Source of the DNA: the human T2T-CHM13v2.0 reference genome, Homo sapiens
Length of the DNA stretch: 64,000 nucleotides
Direction: 5' to 3' (one strand)
NCBI RefSeq assembly: GCF_009914755.1
Contig: NC_060935.1
Below the pieces are notes generated by a model. That model saw only the letters and a list, made by a program, of their open reading frames with translations, searched no databases and had not been told where the DNA came from. Each line of letters starts with the position of its first letter. Position 1 is the first letter of the stretch. Position numbers and translations under genes: made by a program. Shown one piece after another: positions 1 through 20,789 of this stretch.

Positions 1-3299
<3,299 letters not shown>

Positions 3300-3362
3300 T
3301 ATGATGTTAGCTGGTTCTTTTGCTTGTTAGTTGATGCAGTTTCTTCCTAGTCTCGATGGTCT

Positions 3363-4379
3363 TTACATTTTGGCATGATTTTGCAGCGGCTGGTACCGGT
3401 TGTTCCTTTCCATGTTTAGCGCTTCCTTCAGGAGCTCTTTTAGGGCAGGCCTGGTGGTGACAAAATCTCTCAGCATTTGCTTGTCTGTAAAGTATTTTAT
3501 TTCTCCTTCACTTATGAAGCTTAGTTTGGCTGGATATGAAATTCTGGGCTGAAAATTCTTTTCTTTAAGAATGTTGAATATTGGCCCCCACTCTCTTCTG
3601 GCTTGTAGAGTTTCTGCCGAGAAATCTGCTGTTAGTCTGATGGGCTTCCCTTTGAGGGTAATCTGACCTTTCTCTCTGGCTGCCCTTAACATTTTTTCCT
3701 TCATTTCAACTTTAGTGAATCTGACAGTGATGTGTCTTGGAGTTGCTCCTCTCGAGGAGTATCTTTGTGGCGTTCTCTGTATTTCCTGAATCTGAATGTT
3801 GGCCTGCCTTGCTAGATTGGGGAAGTTCTCCTGGATAATATCCTGCAGAGTGTTTTCCAACTTGGTTCCATTCTCCCCATAACTTTCAGGTACACCAATC
3901 AGACGTAGATTTGGTCTTTTCACATAGTCCCATATTTCTTGGAGGCTTTGCTCGTTTCTTTTTATTCTTTTTTCTCTAAACTTCCCTTCTTGCTTCATTT
4001 CATTCATTTCATCTTCCATCGCTGATACCCTTTCTTCCAGTTGATCACATCGGCTCCTGAGGCTTCTGCATTCTTCACGTAGTTCTCAAGCCTTGGTTTT
4101 CAGCTCCATCAGCTCCTTTAAGCACTTCTCTGTATTGGTTATTCTAGTTATACATTCTTCTAAATTTTTTTCAAAGTTTTCAACTTCTTTGCCTTTGGTT
4201 TGAATGTCCTCCCATAGCTCGGAGTAATTTGATCATCTGAAGCCTTCTTCTCTCAACTCGTCAAAGTCATTCTCCGTCCAGCTTTGTTCCATTGCTGGTG
4301 AGGAACTGCGTTCCTCTGGAGGAGGAGAGGCGCTCTGCTTTTTAGAGTTTCCAGTTTTTCTGCTCTGTTTTTTCCCCAT
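3363..4379 (-). pseudogene. L1 ORF1p (RNA-binding chaperone), two in-frame stops
   Basis: ATG GGG AAA AAA CAG at 4379; 1017 nt to the stop at 3363 equals the canonical 338 codons; TGA at 4233-4235 (codon 49) and 4086-4088 (codon 98), both consistent with CGA>TGA decay; C-terminal REKR, ARREW and YPAKLS motifs present. Confidence 0.96.
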
Positions 4380-5281
4380 CTTTGTGGTTTTATCTACTTT
4401 TGGTCTTTGATGATGCTGATGTACAGATGGGTTTTTGGTGTGGATGTCCTTTCTGTTTGTTAGTTTTCCTTCTAACAGACAGGACCCTCAGCTGCAGGTC
4501 TGTTGGAGTACCTGGCCGTGTGAGGTGTCAGTCTGCCCCTGCTAGGGCGTGCCTCCCAGTTAGGCTGCTGGAGGGTCAGGGGGTCAGGGACCCACTTGAG
4601 GAGGCAGTCTGCCTGTCTCAGATCTCCAGCTGCGTGCTGGGAGAACCACTGCTCTCTCCAAAGCTGTCAGACAGGGACATTTAAGTCTGCAGAGGTTACT
4701 GCTGTCTTTTTGTTTGTCTGTGCCCTGCCCCCAGAGGTGGAGCCTACAGATGCAGGCAGGCCTCCTTGAGCTGTGGTGGGCTCCACCCAGTTGGAGCTTC
4801 CTGGCTACTTTGTTTACCTAAGCAAGCCTGGGCAATGGCGGGCGCCCCTCCCCCAGCCTCACTGCCACCTTGCAGTTTGACCTCAGACTGCTGTGCTAGC
4901 AGTCAGCGAGACTCCGTGGGCGTAGGACTCTCTGAGCCAGGTGGGGGATATAATCTGCTGGTGTGCCGTTTTTTAAACCCATCGGAAAAGCGCAGTATTC
5001 AGGTGGGAGTGACCCGATTTTCCAGGTGCCGTTTGTCACCACTTTCCTTGACTAGGAAAGGGAACTCCCTGACCCCTTGCGCTTCTCGAGTGAGGCAATG
5101 CCTCGCCCTGCTTCGGCTCGCGCACAGTGCGCACACTCACTGACCTGTGCCCACTGTCTGGCACTCGCTAGTGAGATGAACCCGGTACCTCAGATGGAAA
5201 TGCAGAAATCACCCGTCTTCTGCGTCGCTTAGGCTGGCAGCTGTAGACCGGAGCTGTTCCTATTCGGCCATCTTGGCTCCT
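4380..5281 (-). promoter_or_regulatory. L1 5'UTR: internal sense promoter with YY1 site, plus antisense promoter region
   Basis: CpG-containing L1 5'UTR; YY1 motif CAAGATGGCCG (minus strand) at 5265-5275; antisense promoter position (~4680-4880) inferred by homology. Confidence 0.85.
4835..5143 (+). CDS. L1 antisense ORF0 homolog, open, 102 aa (expression unknown)
   Basis: GCAATGG start; MAGAPPPASLPPCSLTSDCCASSQRDSVGVG...VGVTRFSRC matches ORF0; donor-like CCAG|GT at 4940/4941 and 5025/5026. Confidence 0.6.
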   Translation: MAGAPPPASLPPCSLTSDCCASSQRDSVGVGLSEPGGGYNLLVCRFLNPSEKRSIQVGVTRFSRCRLSPLSLTRKGNSLTPCASRVRQCLALLRLAHSAHTH

Positions 5282-5562
5282 AAATGTGAGGTTCTGTGCC
5301 TTTCTGTTATTGTACCCAATTTTAATTTATTGGAATATGGAATGTGAAGACTTGAGCCAAAATGTTTTTACTGAGATATTAACTGAAGATGAGAGAAAAG
5401 CAAAATGAAAAGAAGGTTTAACTGTCACACTGCTGAGAGCTATTTAGCTCTTCACTGCTTATTCCTATATTTCTTCTGCTTGAGAGACATTATACATCTA
5501 TCTTGTTTATGCTACTATTATTTTAAGAGGTATGCCATAGTCAGGTGGACCTTGTTCTAACA

Positions 5563-5575
5563 GATATATTTATAC

Positions 5576-5608
<33 letters not shown>

Positions 5609-5712
5609 AACACACACTGTATATATATGTATATTTATGTTTGTATATGTATATATACATACATATATCTAAGTACATAAACACACATACATTTACATAA
5701 ATATACATGTTT
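5563..5712. repeat. (TA)n/(CA)n compound microsatellite
   Basis: Direct reading: tatatatacacacacaca...tatatatatgt. Confidence 0.9.
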
Positions 5713-5894
5713 TATGAGGGCAAAATCTTTGTATCCCTCAAAGTACAGGCAGAATGTTTGTCGATTAGAGTTATTTGGCTTTTGCCTCATGATGCAAGAT
5801 CAGAACATCAAAAGAAAAAATAAGCATTGCAGAACCAGACACAGTGTGTCTTTTACTGGGTTTGTTATTGGGTTATTAACTTTTAAGTGTACAT

Positions 5895-6511
5895 AATTAT
5901 TATTATTATTATTATTATTATTGTACTTCAGGTTTTAGGGTACATGTGCGCAATGTGCAGGTTTGTTACATAAGTATACATGTGCCATGTTCCTGTGCTG
6001 CACCCATTAACACGTCATTTAGCATTAAGTATATCACCTAATGCTATCCCTCCCCCCTCCCCCCGCCCCACGACAGGCCCCAGTGTGTGATGTTCCCCTT
6101 CCTGTGTCCATGTGTTCTCATTGTTCAATTCCCACCTATGAGTGAAAACATGCAGTGTTTGGTTTGTTGTCCTTGCAATCGTTTGCTGAGAATGATGGTT
6201 TCCAGCTTCATCCATGTCCCTACAAAGGACATGAACTCATCCTTTTTTATGGCTGCTTAGTATTCCATGGTGTGTATGTGCCACATTTTCTTAATCCAGT
6301 CTATCATTGTTGGACATTTGGGTTGGTTCCAAGTCTTTGCTATTGTGAATAGTGCTGCAATAAACATACGTGTGCATGTGTCTTTATAGCAGCATGATTT
6401 ATAATCCTTTGGGTATATACCCAGTAATGGGATGGCTGGGTCAAATGGTATTTCTAGTTCTAGATCCCTGAGGAATCGCCACACCGACTTCCACAGTGGT
6501 TGAACTAATTT
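5895..6511 (-). mobile_element. 5'-truncated L1PA 3' end (~590 bp) with (TAA)n tail
   Basis: ORF2 C-terminus ([34 protein letters not shown]), L1PA 3'UTR with G-rich tract, and (tta)n at 5897-5922. Confidence 0.95.
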
Positions 6512-7008
6512 TACTCATCTATAGGTTGAGGTTAATGTTGTCATCTATGTAAAAGTACTTCCATGAAGATTAAATGAGATAGATAGTATTGTATAATTTT
6601 TAAGAATAAAGTAAAATCAAGCAGCCTCATTTGAATTTTACGTGCATCTACTTGCCCATTGCACAATGTTAGGTTATGAAAGCTTCCAGAGTATTCGTAT
6701 CTTCATTTAATAAAAGTATAATACATACTTCAAAATGCTGTGAAGAATAAGTGAGACAATGTATAAAGAGCACTTACAACAGTTCTTCAAATACATTAAA
6801 ATATCAATACATAGTATTTTGATAATTTTATTTTTGAAAAGTTGTTTCGAAGAATTGATTTCTGCTTATAATGTTCCCAGAACATAACTTAGTTTATAGT
6901 AAGTTTTTAGTTAATGGATTCTACTTTTGTTCTATTTTATTTACATTTGTGTGATCAGATATTTGGTGATCACGGATCAAGCTCTAAAACATTATGTACT
7001 TTAAGCCT

Positions 7009-7304
7009 TGGCTGGGCGGAGAGGCTCACGCCTGTAATCCCAGCACTTTGAGAGGCTGAGGTGGGTGGATCATGAGGTCAAGAGGTAGAGACCATCCTGG
7101 CCTACATGGTGAAACCCCGTCTCTACTAAAAATACAAAAATTAGCTGGGCGTGGTGGCACGTGCCTGTAATCCCAGCTACTAGGGAGGCTGAGGCAGGAG
7201 AATTGCTTCAACCCGGGAGGCAGTGGTTTGCAGTGAGCCGGGATCGTGCCACTGCACTCCAAACTGGAGACAGAGTGAGATTCTGTCTCAAAAAAAAAAA
7301 AAAA
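7009..7304 (+). mobile_element. Alu (AluS, Sc-like)
   Basis: Dimeric Alu ggctgggcg...cctgtaatcccagcactttg...gtctc plus poly-A. Confidence 0.95.
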
Positions 7305-7329
7305 AGGGGGGGGACATATATTTTTTAAA

Positions 7330-8420
7330 AAACTTTTTTGAAGTTTTGAATTGCAAAGATAGTTTACAGAGTTCCATTTATACTGCACCGAATTTCCTCT
7401 CTACGTAATATCTTAACATTTATCCAGGATCCCATGCGAGTTACCATATGACATTTACTAATTGTATCTCCTTAGGCTCTTCTTGGCTGTGACAGTTTCT
7501 CAGTCATTCCCTATTTTTAATGATATAGTTTTGAGGTGTGCTGCTCAGGTATTTGCAGAATGTGCCTTAATTGGGATTTGTCTGGTGTTCCTCTCTTGTT
7601 AAAAGTGAGGTTATGTGTTTTGGGGAGGAAGATGTGAGAGACACACTGTCATTTTTATCACATCATATTAAGGGTACATACTCTTAACACGACATCACTG
7701 CCGATGTGAAACCTGATCATTTCATTGAGGTAGTGTTTATCAGGTCTTTCTATTGTAAAATTATTCTTTTTTTCTCTTCCCCTACTGTGTGCCTTGGAAG
7801 TCATTATTTCTAACTTGCTGGGATGTTATTTTATCTAAACTCTCTCAGCTGGCAGAGCAAGAAAATGCAAGTAGCAATATATAAATATCTACAAATATTT
7901 CAAATGCAATATTATGTATCTATAGTAAGTTAAACCGTAGCACATACCGATGTCCTTAACTGTAATCAAGGACCACATGGATCATTCTAACTTCCTCTTG
8001 CTTAACTATAAACTCCCACTACAATAGGGAGAACAGGCTTCCACAATTCTTTTACTTAATTGCTCACATCTAGTATGCATGAGTGGTACTGTCAGAATTA
8101 ACACAAAATCCTGTGGTAAAGAACGTATCATTTAGTATATACACAATGCTTATTTATACTCACTTTTTCCTGTGGTCTCACAGACACCCCACAATTCAGA
8201 ATTTATTTATGGCAGCATCTTTTTCCCTACTTCCTTCAGTGATATTACTTCATACATTTGTGATACAGTTATATTGTTTTGTCACATTCTGTGTGCCATC
8301 CTAGAATCCTTGACCCTCTAAATTATTATGATATTTTACTTTACATACATTAAGTTTCACTCTGTTACAAAGTTCTATATAATTTAACAAATGCATAGAT
8401 TTTTGCATTGAGTCGTCTTC
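7330..8420 (-). mobile_element. Ancient L1M (L1MC/MD-like) 3' region
   Basis: Resembles L1MC 3'UTR (ttttgaggtgtgctgctcaggtatttgcagaatgtgcc...tttggggaggaaga); heavily diverged, limits approximate. Confidence 0.55.
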
Positions 8421-10782
8421 GTCCCCTAAGTATTCTTAGTTGAATGCTTGGTGTTTTATTATTAAATATTTTGCTTTTATCTAACCCAATAAACTATGTT
8501 TCCTTTGAACAATAACTACATTTTATACCACATAGTAATAATTCTGGATGCAGAGTTTCTGTACAGAGTTTAAGATACATTACTATTTTCCTTGGAAAAA
8601 TCTTTAGTCCTCTTAGTCTGCTTTGTTGCCTGCAGCACTGACCAATCCTTCAAATTTTGAGGCAAACCAAAAAAGTCTCATAACATATTTTTTTAGCTGT
8701 GTAACTGTAAATCAGATTAAATAAGATATTTTTCCAATTGATAGATTGTAATGGTGGGAATTTTACAAAAAATATGTAGAAAGCAAACCCAGAATATTTC
8801 TAATAAATAATCTCGGTGTAGTTATAGCTTACCTTATTTAATATTCTTATGAAAGTCTACTGTTAATAATTTTTTCTTTCTTTTTTATTGTGGTAAAATG
8901 CATATAACAAAATTTATCATTTTAGCCATTTCTAATTGTATAGTTCAGTGGTATTAAATATATTCATAATATTGTGCAACCATGACCACCATCCATTTCC
9001 ATAACTGTTTTCATCTTGTAAAATTTAAACTCTATACCCATTAAACATAAATCCCTGTTCTCCCCCATTGCCCCTGCCAGTCCCTGGCAACCATCATTCT
9101 ATTTTCTGTCTTTTTGATTTTGACTACTCTCAGTACCTCATGTAAGTGGTATCATACGTTGTCTTTTTGTAACTGGCTTATTTCACTTAGTGTAATGTCC
9201 TCAAGTTTTATTCCTGTTGTAGCATTATGTCAGAATTTTATTCCTTTTTAAAGCTGAATAATATTTCATGTGTATATACAATATTGTGTTTATCCATCCA
9301 TCCATCGATGGACACTTGAATTATTTCCACATTTTAGTTACGTGAATAATGCGCTCAGAACATAGGAGTACAAATATCTCTTTGAGACTCTAATTTTGAT
9401 TCTTGTGGATATACACCTAGCAGTGAAATTGATCAATTATATTATAATAGCATTTCTAATTGTATAAGGAACTGTCATACTGTTTTCCACTGTGGCTTCA
9501 ATGTTTTACATTCCCACACAAAGTGCAAAAGTGTTCCAAATTCTCTACATCCTCATCCTCACCAAAACTTGTTATTTTCTGCTTTTTTTCATACTAGATA
9601 TTCTAATGGGTGTGACGTGGTATCTCTTTGTAGTTTTGACTTGCATTTCCCTAATAATTAGTGATGTAGAGCATCTTGTTATGTACGTATTGGCCATTTG
9701 TAAATTTTTTGGAGAAAAGTCTATTCAAGTCATTTTCCTATGTTTGAATTGAGTTGTTTGGCTTTTGTTGTTCCTGAGTTTCAGGAGCCCTCTATGTATT
9801 CTGGATATTAATCGCTTACTAGATATATGATTTGCAAATATGTTTTACCATTCTGTGGGGTGTTGTGTAACTCTGTTGATATTGTCCTTTGATACACATA
9901 TTTTTAAAAAATTACGTGGTTAAAATTTGACTATTTCTTCTTTTGTTGCCTGTGTCTTTGGTGTCATCTCCAAGAAACTGCCAAATCCAAAGTCATACAG
10001 TTTTGTTCTATATTTCATTCTAACTGTTTTATAGTTTTAGACCTTACATTTATTCTTTTGATTCCATTTGAGTTAATTCTTATATGTAGTACAAGGTAAA
10101 GGACAACTTCATTCTTTTGCTTGTGGATATTAATTTTTTGCCACACTATGTTAAAAAGATTGTCCTTTCCTCATGAAATGATCTTAGCATCCTTGTCAAA
10201 AATCATTTGACCATATATGTAAGGGTTTATTTCAGGGCTTTCTATTCTATTTCACTGATTTATGTGGCTGTCTTTATGCCAGTACCACACATTTCTGAAT
10301 ACTTAGCTTTGTAATAAATTTTGAAATCAAGAAGGGTGGGTCTTATTACTTTCTTCATGTTTCAAAATTGATTTTGCCATTCGGCATCCCTTGATATCCC
10401 ATATGAATTTGAAGATGGGTTTTTCTGTTTCTGCAAAGTCATTTGGATTTTAATAGGAATTGCATTTAATCTGTAAATTGATTTGGGTAGCATTGATAAA
10501 ATGATATTAAGCCTTCCAATCCATAAACATGGGATGAGTTTCTATTTCTGTGCCTTCTTTAATTTATGTCGCCAATGTTTTGTAGTTTTCATTAAACAAG
10601 ATTTCGTCTCATTGATTAATTCCTAAGTATTTTATTCTTTGTGATGCTATTATAGAAAATAGAAGCTTTTCTTTATTTCTTTCCAGGTTGTATGATGATA
10701 GTGTATAGAAACGAAACTGAATTTTGTGCATTGACTTTGTATCCTGCTACTTTGGTGAATTCATTTATTATTTCTTACAGTT

Positions 10783-10786
<4 letters not shown>

Positions 10787-10813
<27 letters not shown>

Positions 10814-10822
10814 CTGTGTGTG
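10787..10822. repeat. (TG)n microsatellite
   Basis: Direct reading. Confidence 0.9.
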
Positions 10823-11196
10823 AAATCTTTAGTGTTTTGCATGTAGCTAATCGTACCATCTGTGAAGAGATAATTGTACTTTTTACTTCCAAATTAAATG
10901 CCTTTATTACTTTTTCTTGCCTAATTTCTCTGGCTAGAATGTATAGTACTCCGTTGAACCAGAGTGGCAAAAGTTAAACGTTTGCTTTGTTTTTGAACTT
11001 AGAAAAAAAAAGCTTTCACTTCCTTTAGCATGATGATTGCTATGGATTTTTTATATATATATCTTTTATTACATTGAGGTTCTTTCCATTTGTTCCTTGT
11101 TTGATGAGGGTTTTTGTCATGGAAGAATGTTGAATTTTGTCAAATGCATTTACTGCATCAATTGAGACGATCATGTGGTTTATTCCCACCACTTAA

Positions 11197-11583
<387 letters not shown>

Positions 11584-13947
11584 TACTCATGGTTTATAAT
11601 CACTTTAATGTAGTGCTAAATTCAGACTGCTAGCATTTTGTTGGGGATTTTTCCATCAATGTTCGGAAGAGCTATTAGTCTGTACTTTTCTTGTAGTGTC
11701 TAGGTCTGGTTTTGGTATTGAGGTAATGCAGACTTCATAGGATAAGGAAGTGTTTCCTTTGCTCTTTGCTACTGCTTCTTCTTTTCTCCTTCTTTTTTTT
11801 TTTTTTTTTGTAAATGTTCAAGAAAAATTGGTGTTCAATTATCTTTAAATATTTGGTAGAATTCACTAGTAAAGCCAACAGGTCCTGGCCCTTTGTTGGG
11901 AGAGTTTTGATTACTGATTCAATCTCCTTACTAGTTTTAGCTTTATTCAGATATTTCATTTTTTCTGAATTAGTCTTTGTAGCTTTTGTGTTTCTAGAAG
12001 TTTGTCTATTTTATCTAGGTTATCCAATTTCTTAGTGTACAATTTGTTCACAGTACTCTCTTATAATCCTTAATATTTCTGTAGAATAGGTAGTAATGTA
12101 CCCACTTTGATTTCTGATTTTAGTCACTCGAATAGTCATTCTTTTTTTCTTATCTAGCTAAAGGTTTAGCAATTTTATTGAACCTTTTAAAGAACTACCT
12201 TTTGGTTTCATTGATTTTCTCTATTGTTTCTCTATCCTCAATTTCATTTATCTCTGTTCTAATCTTTCTTATTTCCTTCTTTCTATTACCTTTGGAATTC
12301 TTTTTTTTTTTTTTTTTAGTTTTGCAAGTTGTAAATCAGGTTTTCGATTCTAGATCTTTCTTGTTTTTTAATGTAAGCATGTATAACTATAAATTTCACC
12401 CTGCATACTGTTTTTGCTCTGTTCTGTGTTTCAGTGTGCTATGTTTTCATTTTAATTCATCTCTAAGTATTTTCTAATTTTCCTGTGAATTACTGGATCC
12501 ATTGGCAATGTGTAAGAGTATGTTTCTTAAATTTTGTAAATTTTTAAGATTTACTACTGCTATTGATTTCTAACTTAATCCCATTTTGGTTAGAAAAGAT
12601 ACTGTATAATAACTATCTATTGAGACTTCATATTTGGCCTAACATATGGTTAATCCTAGAAAATGTTCCATGTGCCCGATGTAACAGTGTAGGCTGTTGT
12701 TGACTGAATAATCTGTATATGTCTGTTAGATTTACTGGTTTTAGTACTCTACTTGCTTACTTATGTCTGGTTGTTCTATCCATTATTGAAAGTGGGATTT
12801 TGCAATTTCCAGCTATCATTGAACAACTGCCTGAAGTTTCTCCCTTTAATTTTGTCAATTTGATATATTTTGATAGTCTATATTAGGTATATAAATGTTT
12901 ATAATTGTTCTATTTTCTTGTTATATAGAACTTTTTATTATTGCATAATATCCTTCTTTGTCTCCTGTAAGCTTTTTTGATGAAAGTCTATTTTGTCTTC
13001 TATTAATATAGCCACTCCTGCTCCCTTTTATTTACCATTTGCATGTTATATAATTTTCCGTTCTTTCACTTTCGTTATATTTGTGTCATTGAATATAAAG
13101 TGAGTCACCTGTAGACAGCGTATAGTTTTATGAAGGTTGTTTAAATCCATTCTGCCAATTTGTGTCTTTCATTTGAAGAGTGTAATACATTTTCTGCCAA
13201 GTAATTACTGAAAAATTGAGTCTTAATTTTGTTACTTTTCTTTTTGTTATTTATATGCCTAATTGCTTTTTGGATCCTCGTTTCCTGCATTACTGTCAGC
13301 TATTGTGTTTATTTGTATTGTGGAGTAAAATATTTAAATTCATGTATGAGATCTTTTTGTATAGTATACTTTTTGTAGTTACCATGAAATTAAATTTAGA
13401 CTCTTAAAATTGTAATATTCCAATTAAAATTTATTTATATTAACTTTAATAGCATACAAAAACTCTGCTCCTTTAAAAGCTTCATCTCCACCCGTTTTGA
13501 AAATTGATATCAAACATTAAGTTTATACATTGTGTGCCCCAAAATATATACTAATGATTATTTTAAATGCATTTTTCTATTAAATTATAAACAAAAAACT
13601 GTTGAGTTAGAAGCCAAAGTTATAAGAGTTCTAGCTTTTATAATTGCCCATGTGTTTACCTTTATTAAGATCTAAAATTTTTCACATGGCTTCAAGTTAC
13701 TATCAGCTGTGATTTCATTTTTGCCTTGTAGAAATCCCTTAAACATTTCTTGAATGACAGGTCTAATGGTAACAAGCTTCCTCAGCTTTTGTTTGTCTGA
13801 GAACATCCTGATTTCTTCCTTAATTTTGAAGAACAGATTTGCTATACATAGGATTATTGGTTGACAGTTCTTTTTTTTTTTAATTAACTCGGAGTATATT
13901 AGCCCACTGTCTTCTAGTCTCCAAAGTTACTAAGAAGTCTCTTGATA

Positions 13948-14329
<382 letters not shown>

Positions 14330-16685
14330 TTACTGAAGAGTATTCATACGTAAAAAATCACTTTTCTCTTGCAACTTTCAAGATTATATCTTTATCTTTC
14401 AAAAGTTCAATTACAATTTGTCTTTTCATGGGTGTCTTTGAGTTCATCTTATTTTTTAGGAGGTTTATATTCATGTTTTTCATCAAACTGGAAAGTTTCC
14501 AGCCATTATTTTTTATAAATATTCTCTCTTATCATTTCTCTTTTCATTTCTCTTCTAAGACTCCCAAAATACATATGTTGATCGGCTTCATGGTGTCCCA
14601 TAGGTCATTTAGGCTCTGGTAACTTTTCTTCAATCTTTTTTTTCTGTTCCTCAGACCCAATACTTTACATTATCTTATCTTCAAGTTCACTAATTTTTTT
14701 TTTGGCTTACTCAAAATTGCCTTTGAATTCCTTTAATGAATGTTTTTATTTCAAATATTGCAATTATAAGTTTTAGAATTTCTTTTTGGTTTATTTTTAA
14801 GATTTCTTTTTATTAATATTTCTAATTTATTGTTGTTTCTTGTTTATTATTATAAATGTGTTCCCCACATTTTTCTTTAGTTCTTCAAACATCTTTAAGA
14901 AAGTTATTTTCAAGTCTTTGTTTGGTAGATCTATCATTTTCAGAGGCAGTTTTTATTGATTTTTTTTTCATTTTAATGGGCCATACTTTCTATTCTCTTC
15001 AAATGCCTTGTAATTTTTTCTCAAAAAATGAATATTTGAACCTACTAAGTTTTATACTGTGGAAATCGGATTCTCCCCCTTACCTAGGGTATGTTGTTCT
15101 TTGTAATTGCTTTTACTTATTTATTATTGTTGTTGTTTTTTAAAAATATTTTCTAGAATGTCTGTGCCAATAATCAGTCTGAATTATAAATTTAGGGTGT
15201 TTGTAGGTCTTTTAAGAACCTGCACTTTTCTCTGGGCACACACAATCACTTTTTAATTTCCTTATATAAAAGTATACTTAAATTATTGTGCTTTAATCTC
15301 TGGTTACCAAAAGGGGGGAAAGAGAAAATACAAGAGTGAAGAAATGGTCACTGAGTCATTAAATCTCTCTGGAAGTCACTTTAGAAAAAGGGGGCCGTGT
15401 TTGCTACAATGGAGGAAGGTAAAACAGCAATGACTGCCAGCCCCTTTGTGTGCATCTCTGTGATAAGACATGGAAACCAATTATTAGAGCAAAGATCTCT
15501 AATATTTGGAAGACAGAGTCCTTTTTTTGCCAATCCTGGCTTCTGAAAGCTGTGTTCAGGTGGCCCTGGGAACAAGTGTACAACTGCCTGTCATAAGGCA
15601 GAGGGTGGGGATGAGTAACTGTTACTGTGCTAAGAGCTGAAATTGAAAATAAATAAATAAGTAAATAAATAAATAAATAACTGCAACTTACCATCCAAGC
15701 CCTGCCCTGGAAGTTGGAAGGCTTCAATAGACTCCAGAGTTCCAAAATTGTTACATAAGACACATTATGCCAATGCAATTGATTACATGGTGGTACAGAT
15801 TCCTGAGTCTTCTACTCCATCATCTTTACAGCCTACTGTGAATAATTTTTAAATAAAATATATTTTGAAAATTGCCTCTTAAAATATTTCTACTGAATAT
15901 TATTGTGGACTATAAGACTATCTTTTACATAGATACAGTTTTATATATCAAGTGTACTTAGCAAAATGCAAAATTATAATCTTTTAAAAGGTGCACTTAA
16001 GCTGACATAAAACCATTATTAAAACTAATTGGATAATAATTATAAAAAGAAAAAGTTTTTTAAAAATCAGTCTAACAAAAATATGTTTCTCAGAAATATG
16101 TTTACAAAACTAATAAATTTTAAAAAATATTATTGTCAGTTTATTGATTTACCACCAAATATTCTGGGAAATCAGTTTAAAAATAAATATATGAATTCCA
16201 CAAAACAAATCTATGGAATTGGTATCTAGGAATTATTTCTCTCTAGTTTATTAAATACGTACTGAGAAATTACTAATATGTTAGATACATGTTCCAATCC
16301 TAGTAACACTATAAGTCTCACCCCCTCTTACTTTTCCTCTCCCACCTCAGATTTCAGCCCTGGAGAACATTAGACTTGATCGGGTAAAGAACGTACAGGA
16401 CACAACGGAAACGTAGGCCTAGAATTTCTTTTTCTTTTTTTTTTCCAGGAATATCTTTTTATTTTATTTTATTTTATTATCATTATACTTTAAGTTTTAG
16501 GGTACGTGTGCACAATGTGCAGGTTACTTACATATGTATACATGTGCCATGCTGGTGTGCTGCACCCATTAACTCGTCATTTAGCATTAGGTATATCTCC
16601 TAAAGCTATCCCTCCCCCCTCCCCCCACCCACAACAGTCCCCAGAGTGTGATGTTCCCCTTCCTGTGTCCATGTGTTCTCATTGT

Positions 16686-20004
<3,319 letters not shown>

Positions 20005-20244
20005 TCATATCCAGCCAAACTAAGCTCCATAACTGAAGGATAAATAAAATACTTTACAGACAAGCAAATGCTGAGAGATTTTGTCACCACCAGGCCTGCC
20101 CTAAAAGAGCTCCTGAAGGAAGCACTAAACATGGAAAGCAACAACTGGTACCAGCCGCTGCAAAATCATGCCAAATTTTAAAGACCATCGCGGCTAGGAA
20201 GAAACTGCATCAACTAACGAGCAAAAGAACCAGCTAACATCATA

Positions 20245-20789
20245 ATGACAGGATCAAATTCACACATGACAATATTAACTTTAAATGTAAATGGACTAAA
20301 TGCTCCAATTAAAAGACACAGACTGGCAAATTGGATAAAGAGTCAAGACCCATCAGTGTACTGTATTCAGGAAACCCATCTCACGTGCAGAGACACACAT
20401 AGGCTCAAAATAAAAGGATGGAGGAAGATCTACCAAGCAAATGGAAAACAAAAAAAGGCAGGGGTTGCAATCCTAGTCTCTGATAAAACAGACTTCAAAC
20501 CAACAAAGATCAAAAGAGACAAAGAAGGCCATTACATAACGGTAAAGGGATCAATTCAACAAGAAGAGCTAACTATCCTAAATATATATGCACCCAATAC
20601 AGGAGCACCCAGATTCATAAAGTAAGTCCTGAGTGACCTACAAAGAGACTTAGACTCCCACACAATAATAATGGGAGACTTTAACACCCCACTGTCAATA
20701 TTAGACAGATCAACGAGACAGAAAGTTAACAAGGATACCCAGGAATTGAACTCAGCCCTGCACCAAGCAGACCTAATAGACATCTACAG
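20245..20789 (+). pseudogene. L1 ORF2p endonuclease N-terminus in the inverted segment, stop at codon 127
   Basis: MTGSNSHMTILTLNVNGLN...GAPRFIK then TAA at 20623-20625. Confidence 0.95.
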
